The translations under genes and the position numbers were made by a program. A stretch of 62,987 bases of DNA, filler included, from Octopus bimaculoides (lineage: Eukaryota), in the NCBI RefSeq assembly GCF_001194135.2. It is 5 parts of 4 records of this genome, joined end to end, with 100 filler letters (N's around TTAATTAATTAA, not from the genome) between each part and the next. Parts side by side here need not be neighbours in the genome. Positions count along the whole stretch, not along the records: positions 1 to 22,745 come from NC_068989.1; 4 more parts are not named here. One strand, given 5' to 3'. This document shows positions 1-13,858 of the stretch, in pieces (within the stretch, counting starts at the first letter, position 1; every line of letters begins with the position of its first letter). The notes below the pieces were generated by a model. It saw only the letters and a list, made by a program, of their open reading frames with translations. It was not told the origin of the DNA and ran no database searches.

Positions 1-520
1 TTCACGGTAGACGACCAGGGATGACGGATATGCGAATAAGAATATAAGAGTTAACGAATGTGAGTTGATAAGACCTAGGCTACATATGTTTCGTAGCAAG
101 CGGAACCTCGGAGATGGTAAATATCCAAGCGAGGTGTATACTACAGGCTACTCTTGAGGCCAAGGATATCTTAATTAAATGGAAGTTTACGTTATCCCAA
201 GGAAGTACATGTTAACACATGGAAGATTCTTATATTTATATATATATATATATGTATATATACATACATACATATGTAGATATATATACATATATTTATG
301 TATACATATCTATCTATCGATATGTGTGTATACATATGTTCTCAACATAGTAATTTGATTGATGGCCGTAATCCTGTGATTAGAACAATAATGTAATGAA
401 TGCTTAAAAGCGTACACAGTCACTTATACATAGCACAGCTTACATATATTTAGACATACATACATACATACATACTACGTACGTACATACATACTACGTA
501 CGTACGTACGTACATACGTG

Positions 521-1122
521 CAGGATGCGGTGAGTATATTGTCGTTTAAATTACGCAAAAATGAAAATAACAATGACATTTCATTTTAACAGATATATTT
601 ACAAAAATTACATAAAAATATCTTGAAATATTAAAGAGTAAATTTATTCAATAAAATCGCCATTGGCTTTAACCACGGCCTCCAGACGATTTCAGAATCT
701 ACATCTCTTCTGGACAGTCTCTTTGTTTAAGTTGGTGAATGCTGCCATAATTCTTGCCTTCATTTCATCTTTGGTGCTACAAGGAGTTTTGTTGGTCTGT
801 CGCTCAAATGTGGTCCACGCATAATAATCAAGGGGTTTGCAGTCTGGGGAGTTAGGTGGCCAGTTATTCGGAATGATGTGGTCGCAGAAATTGTCTGACA
901 GCCAGTTCTCAGTGCATGTACACCCAAACACTCTGAAATGTTAGTATTGGAGCATCCGGCACGAATGCCAAGCAATACAGCATGACACTTTTAAATTTCT
1001 GGCAGAGTGAATTGCATCATGGTGCTGCTTTCCTCACAGACGGTGCCCAACTGACCCTACTATACTGTGTAGTCGACAAAATTTAAATTTTGAGATAGTT
1101 ACAATTTACTCATCGCACATTG
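521..1122 (-). mobile_element. Internally deleted Tc1/mariner (DD37D/maT-like) element with both TIRs
   Basis: Transposase C-terminus WLSDNFCDHIIPNNWPPNSPDCKPLDYYAW (WPPxSPDLNPLDY motif). Imperfect TIRs caggatgcggtgagtatattgt (521-542) and acaatttactcatcgcacattg (1101-1122), the latter followed by TA. Confidence 0.9.
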
Positions 1123-1500
1123 TATATGTATGCATGTATGTATGTATGTATGTATGTATGTATGTATGTATGTATGTATGNNNNNNNNNNNNNNNNNNNN
1201 NNNNNNNNNNNNNNNNNNNNNNNNNNNNNNNNNNNNNNNNNNNNNNNNNNNNNNNNNNNNNNNNNNNNNNNNNNNNNNNNNNNNNNNNNNNNNNNNNNNN
1301 NNNNNNNNNNNNNNNNNNNNNNNNNNNNNNNNNNNNNNNNNNNNNNNNNNNNNNNNNNNNNNNNNNNNNNNNNNNNNNNNNNNNNNNNNNNNNNNNNNNN
1401 NNNNNNNNNNNNNNNNNNNNNNNNNNNNNNNNNNNNNNNNNNNNNNNNNNNNNNNNNNNNNNNNNNNNNNNNNNNNNNNNNNNNNNNNNNNNNNNNNNNN

Positions 1501-1552
<52 letters not shown>

Positions 1553-2327
1553 GTATACACACATACGTATACACACATATATTGATAGATGGATATAGGT
1601 GTAGATGTATGCATATAAATATGCGTATATATATATATATATATATATTCATTTTATACATATATATATATACATGTGCATGTATGTATCTATGTACATA
1701 CATGTGCATGTATTTATGTATGTATGTTTGTCTGGAACAGTGTACGTGTATACGCACATATACAATTATGCTGTCTAATTACGTTGTGTGTCTATAAGAG
1801 TACCGACATGAATTATAAATTTGTAAATACATTAATTAAATTTGTTACCAGAGCAGAAACATCTTTTGGTCTTTGAGAGGGTGTGTACGGAAATAATAGT
1901 TTGAACTGTTTGACCGTCTCTAGACTTGACTCGTTTATAATGTAGAAATAGTAGCCAAATGATTTTCAATTTAACCGTACTCTCTGACAAAAAGTGAAGA
2001 ACACTACATTCTGAATGGTTTCTGCCTTAGATTTCATACAGTATTTGATCCGTCAGTCATCCCATGAAAAATATATGTGTTGTAGATATATATCTCCTTG
2101 TATCTTGAGAGGGTCGCAACGCCAATAAAAGTTACACACGTATTGGTTCAATATTAGTTGTTTAGTATTAATTAATTGGTTAAATATCTAACCAACTACC
2201 TAAACGATCATTTAGCGACTTTTTCAGTGACTCTCTCTCTGTCTACCCCCTCTCTCTCTCCCCAAGGTCGGATCTGATACATACATACATGCATACATAC
2301 ATACATACATACATACATACATACATA

Positions 2328-2369
<42 letters not shown>

Positions 2370-2812
2370 TCCCACTGAACTGTGATAATCTTTTAGTGAA
2401 GCAGCGTGGTTCGCTTCTTGCACTGTTGTTAGTCTGACAGTATGCGGTGACCACAAATAAGACGTCTACGAACAAAGGTCTGCCATAGCATCAACATGAT
2501 TTCTTGGTCCCTGGTCCTGAAGGACATTAGTATCCATCTAACCAATTACCTGCACTTTGTTGCCATCTTGGTGACCTGCACGTAAAATGTTGCAGCATCA
2601 CACATACTGATACCCAAGTCTCTCCCTGTCTGTGACTCTAGGATTACAATGCTTCGTGTCCTGTCCATGGCGGCTATGATGCATTTGTGAGCCGATAGCA
2701 CAGTGCTTGAAACTTTGCAACATTAAACTGCCTTTTATTTTGTTCTGCCCACTTCTTTTCTGCATTTAGTTCCCGCTGCAAGCTAGCGACATCGTCAGTG
2801 TTCTTTATTGCC
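2370..2812 (-). mobile_element. CR1-like LINE reverse transcriptase C-terminal remnant
   Basis: Reverse strand reads DDVASLQRELNAEKKWAEQNKRQFNVAKFQAL...RDLGISM...KCR*LVRWILMSFRTRDQEIML...WSPH, with stops and frameshifts. Homologous to 48419-48800. Confidence 0.8.
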
Positions 2813-4220
2813 TGTTATTTGTATCGTCAGCTTAATAAAATATTTGTTTAAATCGTTATATAATATAACGTAACATAATATAATAAAAAATATTGTAATA
2901 TAATATATAACATAATATAATGAAATGCAATATGATATAATATAATATAATGTAATATGATATAATGTGACAGAATATAATATAATGTGACATAATATAA
3001 TATAACAATAATATAATATATAACGTATCCTCCGACTAATCTCTTCATTGATTTGAACAGAAAATGCTTTCGATAAGAGTTACAAGTTCGAATTCAGTTA
3101 GGTGCGATATACATACTCAATAACATTTCACCGATCACTATTGGAAATCAAATCGTTGATATGATCTATTAGACTGGGCTCATGACCTTTAGGGTTTAAA
3201 GAAAGAAAGTAGCTTCTTGTTGATTTTCTAACAAATGTTTCAGTATTTTTGAACATAAAAAGAGTCACTTGTTTTCTTATTGTATTTGCGGAATGAATGA
3301 CTATGCTTATAAAATCTGTTATACAATAGTTTATCTGAAAGCCTTAAATATGACATTTTAGAAGAGTTGGTAAGGTTAGTTGTAGAGTATGTTAAATTTT
3401 TCTGTTAAAATGTTTCTATAGAAGATACAAAAACTGATGCTATTGCATGTATGTGTGTGAAAATTAAGTAAAAAATTTGAGTTGGTTAGTACTAACTAAT
3501 ATGTATCCAAAATTCTTAGAATTAGTGTATAAAAGATTTACATTTCCGGAGCAGTAGTTTGTATTATTTGTGTGTTGTGGCAACTGTTTATTCAGTAATT
3601 CTAAAAAGCATTCATCACATTATAGATTTAAAGCCTGAATCGTATGGTGAAACATCACATTTCTATTCTATGTTATATTTTTTCTGGAATTATTTGACTT
3701 TTCCTTGGTATCTTCATAACAACATCTCAAATACACCCCAGCCCGCTCCTCCTGGTTTTACATCTGCTTTCTCGAACAGTTGACCAACCATGACCTACCC
3801 TCGTTACCATTCTACCATATCTCTTCATCCTCTCACCCCTTTTACAACCCATTTAGCATCCTCTATGAATAGTTAGCCATTCCTATTTTCTTTCCCTTCT
3901 AAGTGAAAACTTTAACCTTTTAAGCTACAGACTAATTGAGCCGGCCATATGGCACGTCTGATAAAATAAATGTAAAAATTTCTTATCATATAAAAAGGTC
4001 GGATTTTGCATTTCGTATTGAGTTCTATATGAAATAGTGTTCTCAGCAGCGGTTAACGTATCCTCCATTTATGTTAAACGCCTATATATTGTGATGTATA
4101 AAAGCTCATTCACACACGCATATTTATATACATATCATATATGTGCATATATAAATATGTATGTATATGTGTGTACACACGCACACACACACACATATGT
4201 GTGTGAGTGCGTGTGTATTT

Positions 4221-4268
<48 letters not shown>

Positions 4269-5129
4269 TTACATATATATATACATGTGTACAAGTAAAG
4301 TCAATCGCCATATGTATATGTATATATATATATATATATATATANNNNNNNNNNNNNNNNNNNNNNNNNNNNNNNNNNNNNNNNNNNNNNNNNNNNNNNN
4401 NNNNNNNNNNNNNNNNNNNNNNNNNNNNNNNNNNNNNNNNNNNNNNNNNNNNNNNNNNNNNNNNNNNNNNNNNNNNNNNNNNNNNNNNNNNNNNNNNNNN
4501 NNNNNNNNNNNNNNNNNNNNNNNNNNNNNNNNNNNNNNNNNNNNNNNNNNNNNNNNNNNNNNNNNNNNNNNNNNNNNNNNNNNNNNNNNNNNNNNNNNNN
4601 NNNNNNNNNNNNNNNNNNNNNNNNNNNNNNNNNNNNNNNNNNNNNNNNNNNNNNNNNNNNNNNNNNNNNNNNNNNNNNNNNNNNNNNNNNNNNNNNNNNN
4701 NNNNNNNNNNNNNNNNNNNNNNNNNNNNNNNNNNNNNNNNNNNNNNNNNNNNNNNNNNNNNNNNNNNNNNNNNNNNNNNNNNNNNNNNNNNNNNNNNNNN
4801 NNNNNNNNNNNNNNNNNNNNNNNNNNNNNNNNNNNNNNNNNNNNNNNNNNNNNNNNNNNNNNNNNNNNNNNNNNNNNNNNNNNNNNNNNNNNNNNNNNNN
4901 NNNNNNNNNNNNNNNNNNNNNNNNNNNNNNNNNNNNNNNNNNNNNNNNNNNNNNNATATACATATACACATACAAATATATAGTGGAAGCCGCTTTCTAT
5001 GATCAGATGCGACGATGCCTTTTCTATAATATCAAGTTAAAAAACTATTTGGGATATTCATGTTTTGATTATAATAGTCGTTTAATAACATTATCCATTG
5101 TTATGGTAAATAGATAGGTTTTACAGGGA

Positions 5130-5179
<50 letters not shown>

Positions 5180-5724
5180 GAGAGACTGCTTCTCTACATT
5201 AGGTATGTATCTATGGGATGTTTTAGCCAAATTTTTAATTGAACCCCAAATTTTATTCGTCTTCTCTCAGATGTGTATTTTGCTTCGTCAGTTATCGGCT
5301 GTGCGTTTAGTTTAGATAGGCAAATATGAGTAAAGCAATACCCGTGTACTTTGCATTATTCAACACAATAGAAACGTTTAATGATGGAAGCCACACTCAT
5401 AACATAACACAATGTTAAAATAAGAAAACAGATAACACACACCAGCCACGAACATAGATAAACATCTGGCTGGTAACTTATGAATCCAATAGCCCAAATT
5501 CCAATCCTGCCGGTAACTGGATCTGCCTACTACTATAGAGAGGCAGTAACCCACTAACATCCCTTCGTCCTGAAGATGAGCTTGGAAAGATCTAGAAATG
5601 CTGGGGAAATTTTTCTGTTTCAAACAAATTGCAGGAATCCCATATGGAAGCAGAAACAAAATCCTTGATACAAAAGATAAGAACCATAACCGGCGAATTA
5701 ATACTTGTTGAAATGTGAGGTTAG

Positions 5725-5794
<70 letters not shown>

Positions 5795-7507
5795 ACCTAT
5801 GTTTATGTATATAAATGTAGGGCCAGATTAAGACTCATAGAAGCCCTAAGCACTTTAAAGATCTTGCTGTCCTCATATACATGTGTAATTCAAAATATAA
5901 ACAATAATAACCATAAAATTAAATTTTATTTTTCAACATAAAACAAAACTAACATTAAAATTGAAAATAATGTGTATTTTTGTATAATTCCACATTATTT
6001 ATATTTGAAAAATGTTTCATGTACCTTTTTTTAATTGCAAAAAATTGATCAGATCCCCATTCTGACACCATGAACACTTCGAAATATAAGCACTTCCGAT
6101 CATATAAATCACTTCGGATATTTCATTTTAGCAAGTTTAAATGATTTCTTTTGTGCCGTAAACCATTAACCATTTCTGTGGTACATCCCCTTACGTTGAT
6201 GTCCTAAGCAAGTGCTTATTTTGCTTAATGACTAATCCAACGCTAGTTTTATTCATCAACCTTCGGTGAATTGAAAGATGAAGTTGACATCGAAGAAAAC
6301 TAAACACATAATAAGAGGAAAACTAACCAGATTTAGTATGCCGTCTAAAACTGCCTTCTGCACTGTCATGGTGGTAACCTCGGCTTATATGTTACATGAG
6401 ATATAAATAAGATAAACGAGTATGCAAGAAATAGCAGTCAAATCTTCTTCAAGTTACACCTCACTGTGTTAATGCTGAAAGGACACATAGAATGCTGTAG
6501 TTTTAGAAATTATATCGCTGTTGTAAGTCGGGATGGTTACGACTGGAAAGCGCTTAACCATGGGCTTGCTGAATCAGAACTGAACCTGTGTTAAGTTACA
6601 GCAACAAGATACATTAATAGAAGTGCATACAAACTTCAACACACACACACACACACACACCACACACACGCATGCACAGACACACACACACACACACACA
6701 CACACGTACACACACACACACATGCTCAAATATACGCACTTACATATACTGCCGGATGAGCATCGACACAAATGATATCGGCATATTTTACCATGTATTA
6801 CAACGCACACGCATACACACACACATGCGCACACACGCACACGCACACACACACACACACACACGCGCATGTACAGACACACACGAATTTTATCAGCACG
6901 TCCTAATGCGCACACCGAGAAAGAGCTATGCACACACATGCATATGCTGCGCATGTAAATATGCGTAACGCATATCTCCCATACATCAAAATTCCACTTT
7001 ACAGTACGGAAACCAACGCACGCTTACAAACACTTAATCCGACACAAACACACTCACATATATCCACTCTACACAGACGCACAGATACACATCTCTATAA
7101 ACACACATACGCATACACATCAGTACTACATACACGTACATACACACGCCGGTGGAGAGCGATACACGGACATATTATATTAATCATGTGTTGTACTGTG
7201 GAAGTGGTCGTATTACTAGACAAATGGTGAAACAATGATCATCAAATATCCGTCCATTAGAGGAGTTGTTTAGTGTGTAGGACGGCCGCAAGATGGCGCT
7301 TATGCTCTTAGCTTTAATCGATTGAAACTTTTTCCTTCAGACTTCTGGCTTCACTACGCATGTGGTGTCCTCATATTTCGTTCATATCTAAACATCTTCT
7401 TCTTCTCCTCCCCCTCCTCCCCCTCCTCCTCCTCCTCCTCCTTCTTCTTCTTCTTCTTCTTCTTCTTCTTCTTCTTCTTCTTCTTCTTCTTCTTCTTTTT
7501 CATCATC

Positions 7508-7539
<32 letters not shown>

Positions 7540-8285
7540 CATTATCGTCGCCGTTGTCGTTCTCCGTTCTCTTCTTCATTAACNNNNNNNNNNNNNNNNN
7601 NNNNNNNNNNNNNNNNNNNNNNNNNNNNNNNNNNNNNNNNNNNNNNNNNNNNNNNNNNNNNNNNNNNNNNNNNNNNNNNNNNNNNNNNNNNNNNNNNNNN
7701 NNNNNNNNNNNNNNNNNNNNNNNNNNNNNNNNNNNNNNNNNNNNNTATATACACATATGTGTAGTTACTCTGTGTTTATTTGCAAATTAGTATTCGGCAG
7801 AAAGTTCCTACGTTGCAACTGAAATTAGGATATTCAGATATATTCAGAAAACTTCCGGTAGAAAACTTCCGGTAGAAAACTTCCGGAATATGAGCGTTGT
7901 AAAGGACAATAATCTGAAATAGAATGAGTTGTGTCCCTTTAGGGTAAACAGAGCTAAAAAAAAACGGAAATAGAAGGCAATTAAGAATGGGGAAATAGGT
8001 AAAAACAGATGAAGGGACAGAAGAAGAAGGGGAATGAAAAAGGAAGAGGGGGAAAAGAAAAGGATGAAGTGAAGAAAATAACTGTGAAACGACACCAGGA
8101 AAGTTAGGGGATGCCAAGGAGCTGATATGAGAGATCATTAGTATGTTAATAGAGAAAATGTGTAAGAACGGACGGGCATGTACGTATAAATTGTTTGACG
8201 AATGTGCAATTAATTGCTTAATTAAGCAAGAATCTCCGTGTAACAGTAGCTATTCTGTTATAGTTTGTATTACTTCATATCGCGC

Positions 8286-8326
<41 letters not shown>

Positions 8327-8329
8327 CTA

Positions 8330-8998
8330 CAAGAGTTCAACAACTTGCCTAAGATTAAAATCCATCGGGAAGCGCCGCCATGTTTGTATTCGTGAATTTC
8401 TTTTTTGTTGCTAACTCAGCTCTATTGTCTCATGTCTAAGATCGCCAGAAATTTAATCATGCGTGTACGGTGACATCTTAAAGTTTATCAATAATTGTAA
8501 AAAAAAGCACTAAGGTCCTGGACCAGCCTAAACATAGAGTGCTGGAATACGAACCGCCAATCAAGATTACGATTCCTTCACTTACTATGGTGAAACAGCT
8601 CATATGTTAGGACAGCGCGATCCATGGCGGTAACGGTTTGGACGCGGGAGTGGACCACCACATGCGGTCACTTTCAGGAAGTTCAATGATTGATTGTGGA
8701 AATACCGTGGTATTAAAACTTTTAACAAAATTTTACCAAACAGTAGCAATCCTATTCTGTTCGTTGTATACCGCTCAGGTCTATGCATATATTGTCGGCA
8801 TATCAAAAAGTTGAGCAATTGACAGTTGCACCCGCTACGATCTAAAATGAATATTTTTTAGACCTCGTTTCTAATCAGGAGGTATTGCAGTATGCAAGTA
8901 TCCCTGAAGTTGGGCATGTCCTGATAGAATTGCAGTTACGCTGGATTGAATATGTGATTCATATGGGAGACAAAAGGATCACCATCATTGTAATTAAC
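8330..8998 (+). mobile_element. RTE-clade LINE ORF2 remnant (post-YADD reverse transcriptase region)
   Basis: Across frameshifts and stops: IREFLF, KKSTKVLDQP, FRKFND*LWKYRGIK, YCRHIKKL, DLVSNQEVLQYASIPEVGHVLIELQLRWIEYVIHMGDKRI. These match the RTE consensus order IRELLFADD / KKTxVMxQP / AFGRLxxRLW / LQLRWxGHVxRMxDxRIPK. Confidence 0.8.
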
Positions 8999-10669
8999 TG
9001 TTGTGTCGACGCCCCCAGGCGAAGAACTAGGATCTCCCAAGACATATAAATAGAGGTAGTCTGGCCGTGGTAGGTGTGTTGAGTAGCGGTTGTGTAGCGG
9101 TTGAGTAGAGATCATCCGAAGGTGCTAGATAGCAGTAGCGTTGAGACATGACACAACAATGAAATTAAATGTAGACTTCGTCGAAGCAAGCGCCCGAAAC
9201 TCCGTAAGAAAGCTACAATACGACAGTAGTCGTCTTGAGAAAGCATCTGGTATAGGTATATTGTGCAAAAGGCACAGAACTATCAGTAGCAAATGAAAAG
9301 CGTCCAGCAGCAGCGGTGGAGTTGCTAGATTCGGGATTTCTGCGTATTTGCGCGTCATCAGCAACAAGTGTCTTCCAGTGCTTTTTAGCATTATACGTCT
9401 GTACAAAACGCTTTCTCAAAGCGATTACCGCAATTTTGTGCCTTTCTATGGTATATCTTCATTAAGTAAGATATAAAGAGTGCTATTCCGAACTAATACT
9501 GATCTGTCGCTAATAATGGACAAGTCGAATATTTTTCTTATTTTTACATACAAGCAAACAATTAAATAAAAATCAGTTGTCTGTAAAATGAGGTTCTGCG
9601 ACAAAATTATATAAAAATAGTAAATCAGTTTGAATGAGAAGTTAATATCCAACAACATCGCGTCCATCAAATTGAGATATACGACAGAATTTCATGTTTG
9701 TTTTCAAAATGATTCGATTATTCTTTCTCATTCTTGAACCTCTCATGGGTTAAAATTTTTCGGGTACAGTGAGGCTAATTAATTGCACCAACTTCAGTGC
9801 TCAAGTGGTACTTATTTGATCGAACGTAAAACCGAATGAAATGCCACGATATATATTTTACTGCGGTGCGTTAATGGTTCTGCCATCTTGCTATCTTCGA
9901 AAAGAAAGTTTCTCAATAATTAATATAAAACCTCACCAGCTTGTTAAGATGTAAAATTATCATCTGATTTTGAAAATCCATAGAAGATCGTGCTCATCCA
10001 GAAGCCAATATCGGAAGTAAGCAAAAAGAAAAGTTGTTCAAAACAAGACAGCAGCAGCAAAAACAATAATAGTAGTGGGATTGACGAAAATGTATTTACT
10101 TGGGATCAGGTACCTTGTGGTATATTTATTTTCCAGTTCTTTCGCCGACATGGGCAGTTGACGAAATCTGTTGTCCGGTTTAAAAGCGCCATTTAGCCTT
10201 ATGAGTTCCTTTGGCGAGGTCCATTCTTTTGGAAGTGTTCAGAACTGGTCCACTGTTTGAGGATAATCTCCTCCATCTCTGACCCCCACCCCACCCCAGT
10301 CTCGGAGGTGTTGTAAAGCGTCATGCGTGTTACCTCCCACTCTTTTAGGCATAAGGGAGGGGGAGGTTAGGCGATGCCATCGAACCCAGTATATCGACCC
10401 CCAGAGGAATGAAGACGACCCGAACGGGAGTTGAACTCGAAATGCAAACAACCAAAATAAATACCGCAAGATATTTTCCTCTGCGTTCTAGTTATTCTCT
10501 CAATCTTTCATTGTTGATACTGCTGTTGTTGTTAAATGCTGGTCAATCTCGATCAGGCAGGTTTATGATAGAAGCCAATCCAACGATGACATTTCCATTT
10601 TTGGTCAGGTAGTCTTACTGCATTATCTAATATATCCTTATATTTGTATGAAGGGAAAGTCTGACAATG

Positions 10670-10915
10670 TGGAGGCGCGTGGCCTAGTGGTTAGGGTGTC
10701 AGCACCATGGTCGAAAGATTGTGGTTTCGATTCCTGGACTAGGCGACGCGTTGTGTTCTTGAGCAAAACACTTCATTTCACGTTGCTCCAGTCCACTCAG
10801 CGGGCAAAAATGAGTAACGCTGCGATGGACTGGCGTCCCGTCCAGCTGGGGAACATACGCCATTGAAACCCGGAAACTGGGCCCATGAGCCTGGTTAGGC
10901 TTTAAAAGGGAGCAT
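10670..10915 (+). mobile_element. tRNA-derived SINE (family C)
   Basis: tRNA-like head with A box (tggcctagtgg) and B box (ggtttcgattcc), then ttgtgttcttgagcaaaacact and gcgatggactggcgtcccgtccag. Degenerate relatives lie near 43613-43760 and 50996-51240. Confidence 0.75.
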
Positions 10916-11479
10916 TTATTTTTTTTAAAGTGTGACTGTAGGGAAATTTGACTGTTATTTCTCGCAGACTGAGCAACCATATAATATAGCACTACATCAT
11001 TGGCAAGAATGATAGTTGCTGTATTTGCCACAAGGGCAATATAATTACAAAACATTAACTTCGATAGTAGCATAAGCAAACGACAAAAGACCTCTCCGTT
11101 CAACCTGCCTGAAATAGTAGCTAAAACTCCCTCAATCATATATTAAGGATGGAAAGACATATCATAAAATGTAGTCCTATACATAGATATATCACACCTA
11201 AAGAAAAAAAACGATAGGATGGTCATGATTGGAATGTCGATGGACGAAATTCTACTTAATCTGGTTTGACCAGAGAAACAACAGGCGTTAAGTGAATCAA
11301 ATATTTTGCTAGAAATAATAGTCAAATCTTTCACAAGCTACACCCTCATGTCTAGGAAAGGATGGAGACAGGCAAGACAGTTTAGTTCGACAAACAATAT
11401 TGCTTGAGAGATAAGCGGGATGGTCACGGCTGAAACTCCTTGACCATTGTTGAGTTGCCGAACCAGGACTGACCTAGAA

Positions 11480-11860
11480 CTAATCAACAGACATTGTTGT
11501 TGTTGGCACTCTGTCGCTTACGACGTCGAGGGTTCCAGCTCGTGAAATTAACGTGCAAGTGGCTGAGCACTCCACAGACACGTGTACCCTTAACGTAGTT
11601 CTCGGGGATATTCAGCGTGACACAGTGTGACAAGGCTGGCCCTTTGAAATACAGGTTACAACAGAAACAGGAAGAAAGAGTGAGAGAAAGTTGTGGCGAA
11701 AGAGTACAGCAGGGTTCGCCACCATCCCCTGCCGGAGCCTCGTGGAGCTTTAGATGTTTTCGATCAATAAACACTCATAACGCTCGGTCTGGGAATCGAA
11801 ACCGCGATCCTATGACTGCGAGTCCGCTGCCCTAACCACTGGGTCATTGCGCCTCCACTA
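11480..11860 (-). mobile_element. tRNA-derived SINE (family D), near full length
   Basis: Reverse complement starts gtggaggcgcaatgacccagtggttagggcagcggactcgc...ggtttcgattccc (A and B boxes) and ends in a (CAA)n tail. The body is shared with 12400-12540. Confidence 0.8.
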
Positions 11861-12273
11861 ATCAATAGACATAGAAAGACAGGAATGAATTTTGAAAACG
11901 ATATAAAAAGGGAAGAGGGAACAAATCCTTACACACACACTCACACACACACTCACACGCACACATACACACATACACACACTCGAGCATGCACACACTC
12001 ACACACACACTCACACACACACTCACACACACAAACACGCACACAAACACACATATACGCTCTTACACATACATATTTACACTGCCCTCACCCAAATGTC
12101 ATTTGACCCTCCTCCTCTTTGCTGGAGGCTCGTTTTTCGTGACATTCACATTGTATGGTTAAAAGGTTAATTACTCATTTCAAACAGCCCTTCTTTCTCT
12201 CATACCTTTATCACTTTCTCTACCACTCTTTAATCATCATTCTCCGTTTCTTCTTTCCTTTTCTCCCTCCATG

Positions 12274-12321
<48 letters not shown>

Positions 12322-12334
12322 CCTACCTACCTAC

Positions 12335-12390
<56 letters not shown>

Positions 12391-12399
12391 TTATGTGTG

Positions 12400-12542
12400 T
12401 GTCACATTGAATCTCCCTGAGAACTACGTAAAGGTTGACCGTGTCTATGGAGTGCTTAGCCACTTGCACGTTAATTTCGCGAGCAGGCTGTTCGGTTGAT
12501 CAGATCAACTTGGACACACGTCGTCAAAACCGACGGAAAACC
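12400..12542 (+). mobile_element. 3' fragment of SINE family D
   Basis: gaatctccctgagaactacgtaaagg...ggagtgcttagccacttgcacgttaatttc matches the reverse complement of 11540-11620. Confidence 0.75.
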
Positions 12543-12584
12543 AGGTCATGTATGTGTACATATGTATATGTTTACGTATATGTA

Positions 12585-12794
12585 CGAGGGGTGCTGAAAA
12601 GTTCCCGGCTTTGGGTAAAAGAAAATATAGGCGAAACAGTTAATCATGATTTTATTCAACATAATTCCTCTCCCAGATTCACACACTTATTGCAGCTGTC
12701 CTTCAACTTTTCTAAACCCTGTAAAAGAACTCAGACGGTTGGGCCTCCTACCAGCCTTTCGCAAAACTCTTAAGGGTAGGAACTTTTCAGCATT

Positions 12795-12800
<6 letters not shown>
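12585..12800. mobile_element. Mariner-type MITE (216 bp)
   Basis: Left end TA|cgaggggtgctgaaaagttcc and right end ggaacttttcagcattccctcg|TG form about 22-bp TIRs; no coding capacity. Confidence 0.85.
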
Positions 12801-12829
<29 letters not shown>

Positions 12830-12839
12830 NNNNNNNNNN

Positions 12840-12882
<43 letters not shown>

Positions 12883-13307
12883 ATGCTTCCTCTCTCCATC
12901 CCAAGAATCATGTTCCCTAAGGTCTAACCACAAAACCGGCGATTACTCACCTCTAGGAAGCACTGTACACGATTACAAGGAACTTTACTCAACGCCATCG
13001 ATTCATGGCGTAGAAAGTTCACCGCGAGAAAAGTTTACTGAGAAAAGATATCTATAGTATCTCACCATTTATAATTAAAAACTATCTTATTGAGAAAAGA
13101 AACAAACAAACAAAAAAATAACGGTGAACTTACCGGTCATGACTGTTCACTACCTTCGTCATGTCTCATATGGTTCCCGGACGCATTTCTACTATAGGGT
13201 CTCTCATGTGACTTCTAGATGTGTGTAACCACTAGCATAGATAGCTAATCCTTAGTATAGATACAGAACCATTACTTTGGATGTATAGCTATTCCTTTTG
13301 ACATATA

Positions 13308-13598
13308 GGTGCAGGAGTAGCTGTGTGGTAAGTAGCTTGCTTACCAACCACATGGTTCCGGGTTCAGTCCCACTGCGTGATACCTTGGGCAAGTGTCTTC
13401 TACTATAGCCTCAGGCCGACCAAAGCCTTGTGAGTGGATTTGGTAGACGGAAACTGAAAGAAGCCCGTCGTATATATGTATATATATNNNNNNNNNNNNN
13501 NNNNNNNNNNNNNNNNNNNNNNNNNNNNNNNNNNNNNNNNNNNNNNNNNNNNNNNNNNNNNNNNNNNNNNNNNNNNNNNNNNNNNNNNNNNNNNNNNN

Positions 13599-13633
<35 letters not shown>

Positions 13634-13858
13634 ATGTGTGTGTTTGTGTGTGTGTGTTTGTCCTCCCACCATCGCTTGACAACCGATGCTGGTGTGTTTA
13701 CGTCCCCGTAACTTAGCGGTTCGGCAAAAAGAGACCGATGGAATAAGTACTAGGCTTACAAAGAATAAGTCCTGGGGTCGATTTGCTCGACTAAAGGCGG
13801 TGCTCCAGCATGGCCGCAGTCAAAATGACTGAAATAAGTAAAAGAGTAAAAGAAAAGA
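13308..13858 (+). mobile_element. tRNA-derived SINE (family A) with internal (TA)n/(TG)n microsatellite
   Basis: Head ggagtagctgtgtggtaagtagc...ggttccgggttcagtccc; 3' body atcgcttgacaaccgatgctgg...gctccagcatggccgcagtc...aagtaaaaga. Nearly identical to 30203-30647 (-) and 42184-42590 (+). Confidence 0.9.

Noticed and set aside
9125-9419. 93-aa and 68-aa minus-strand ORFs in GC-richer sequence
   Set aside because: No recognisable motif or convincing splice sites; probably part of a repeat.
10670-10745. tRNA-like sequences here and at 11790-11860, 13308-13380, 29865-29910, 42184-42255 and 50996-51070
   Set aside because: They have A/B boxes but no complete cloverleaf, and most continue into SINE bodies; they are SINE heads, not tRNA genes.
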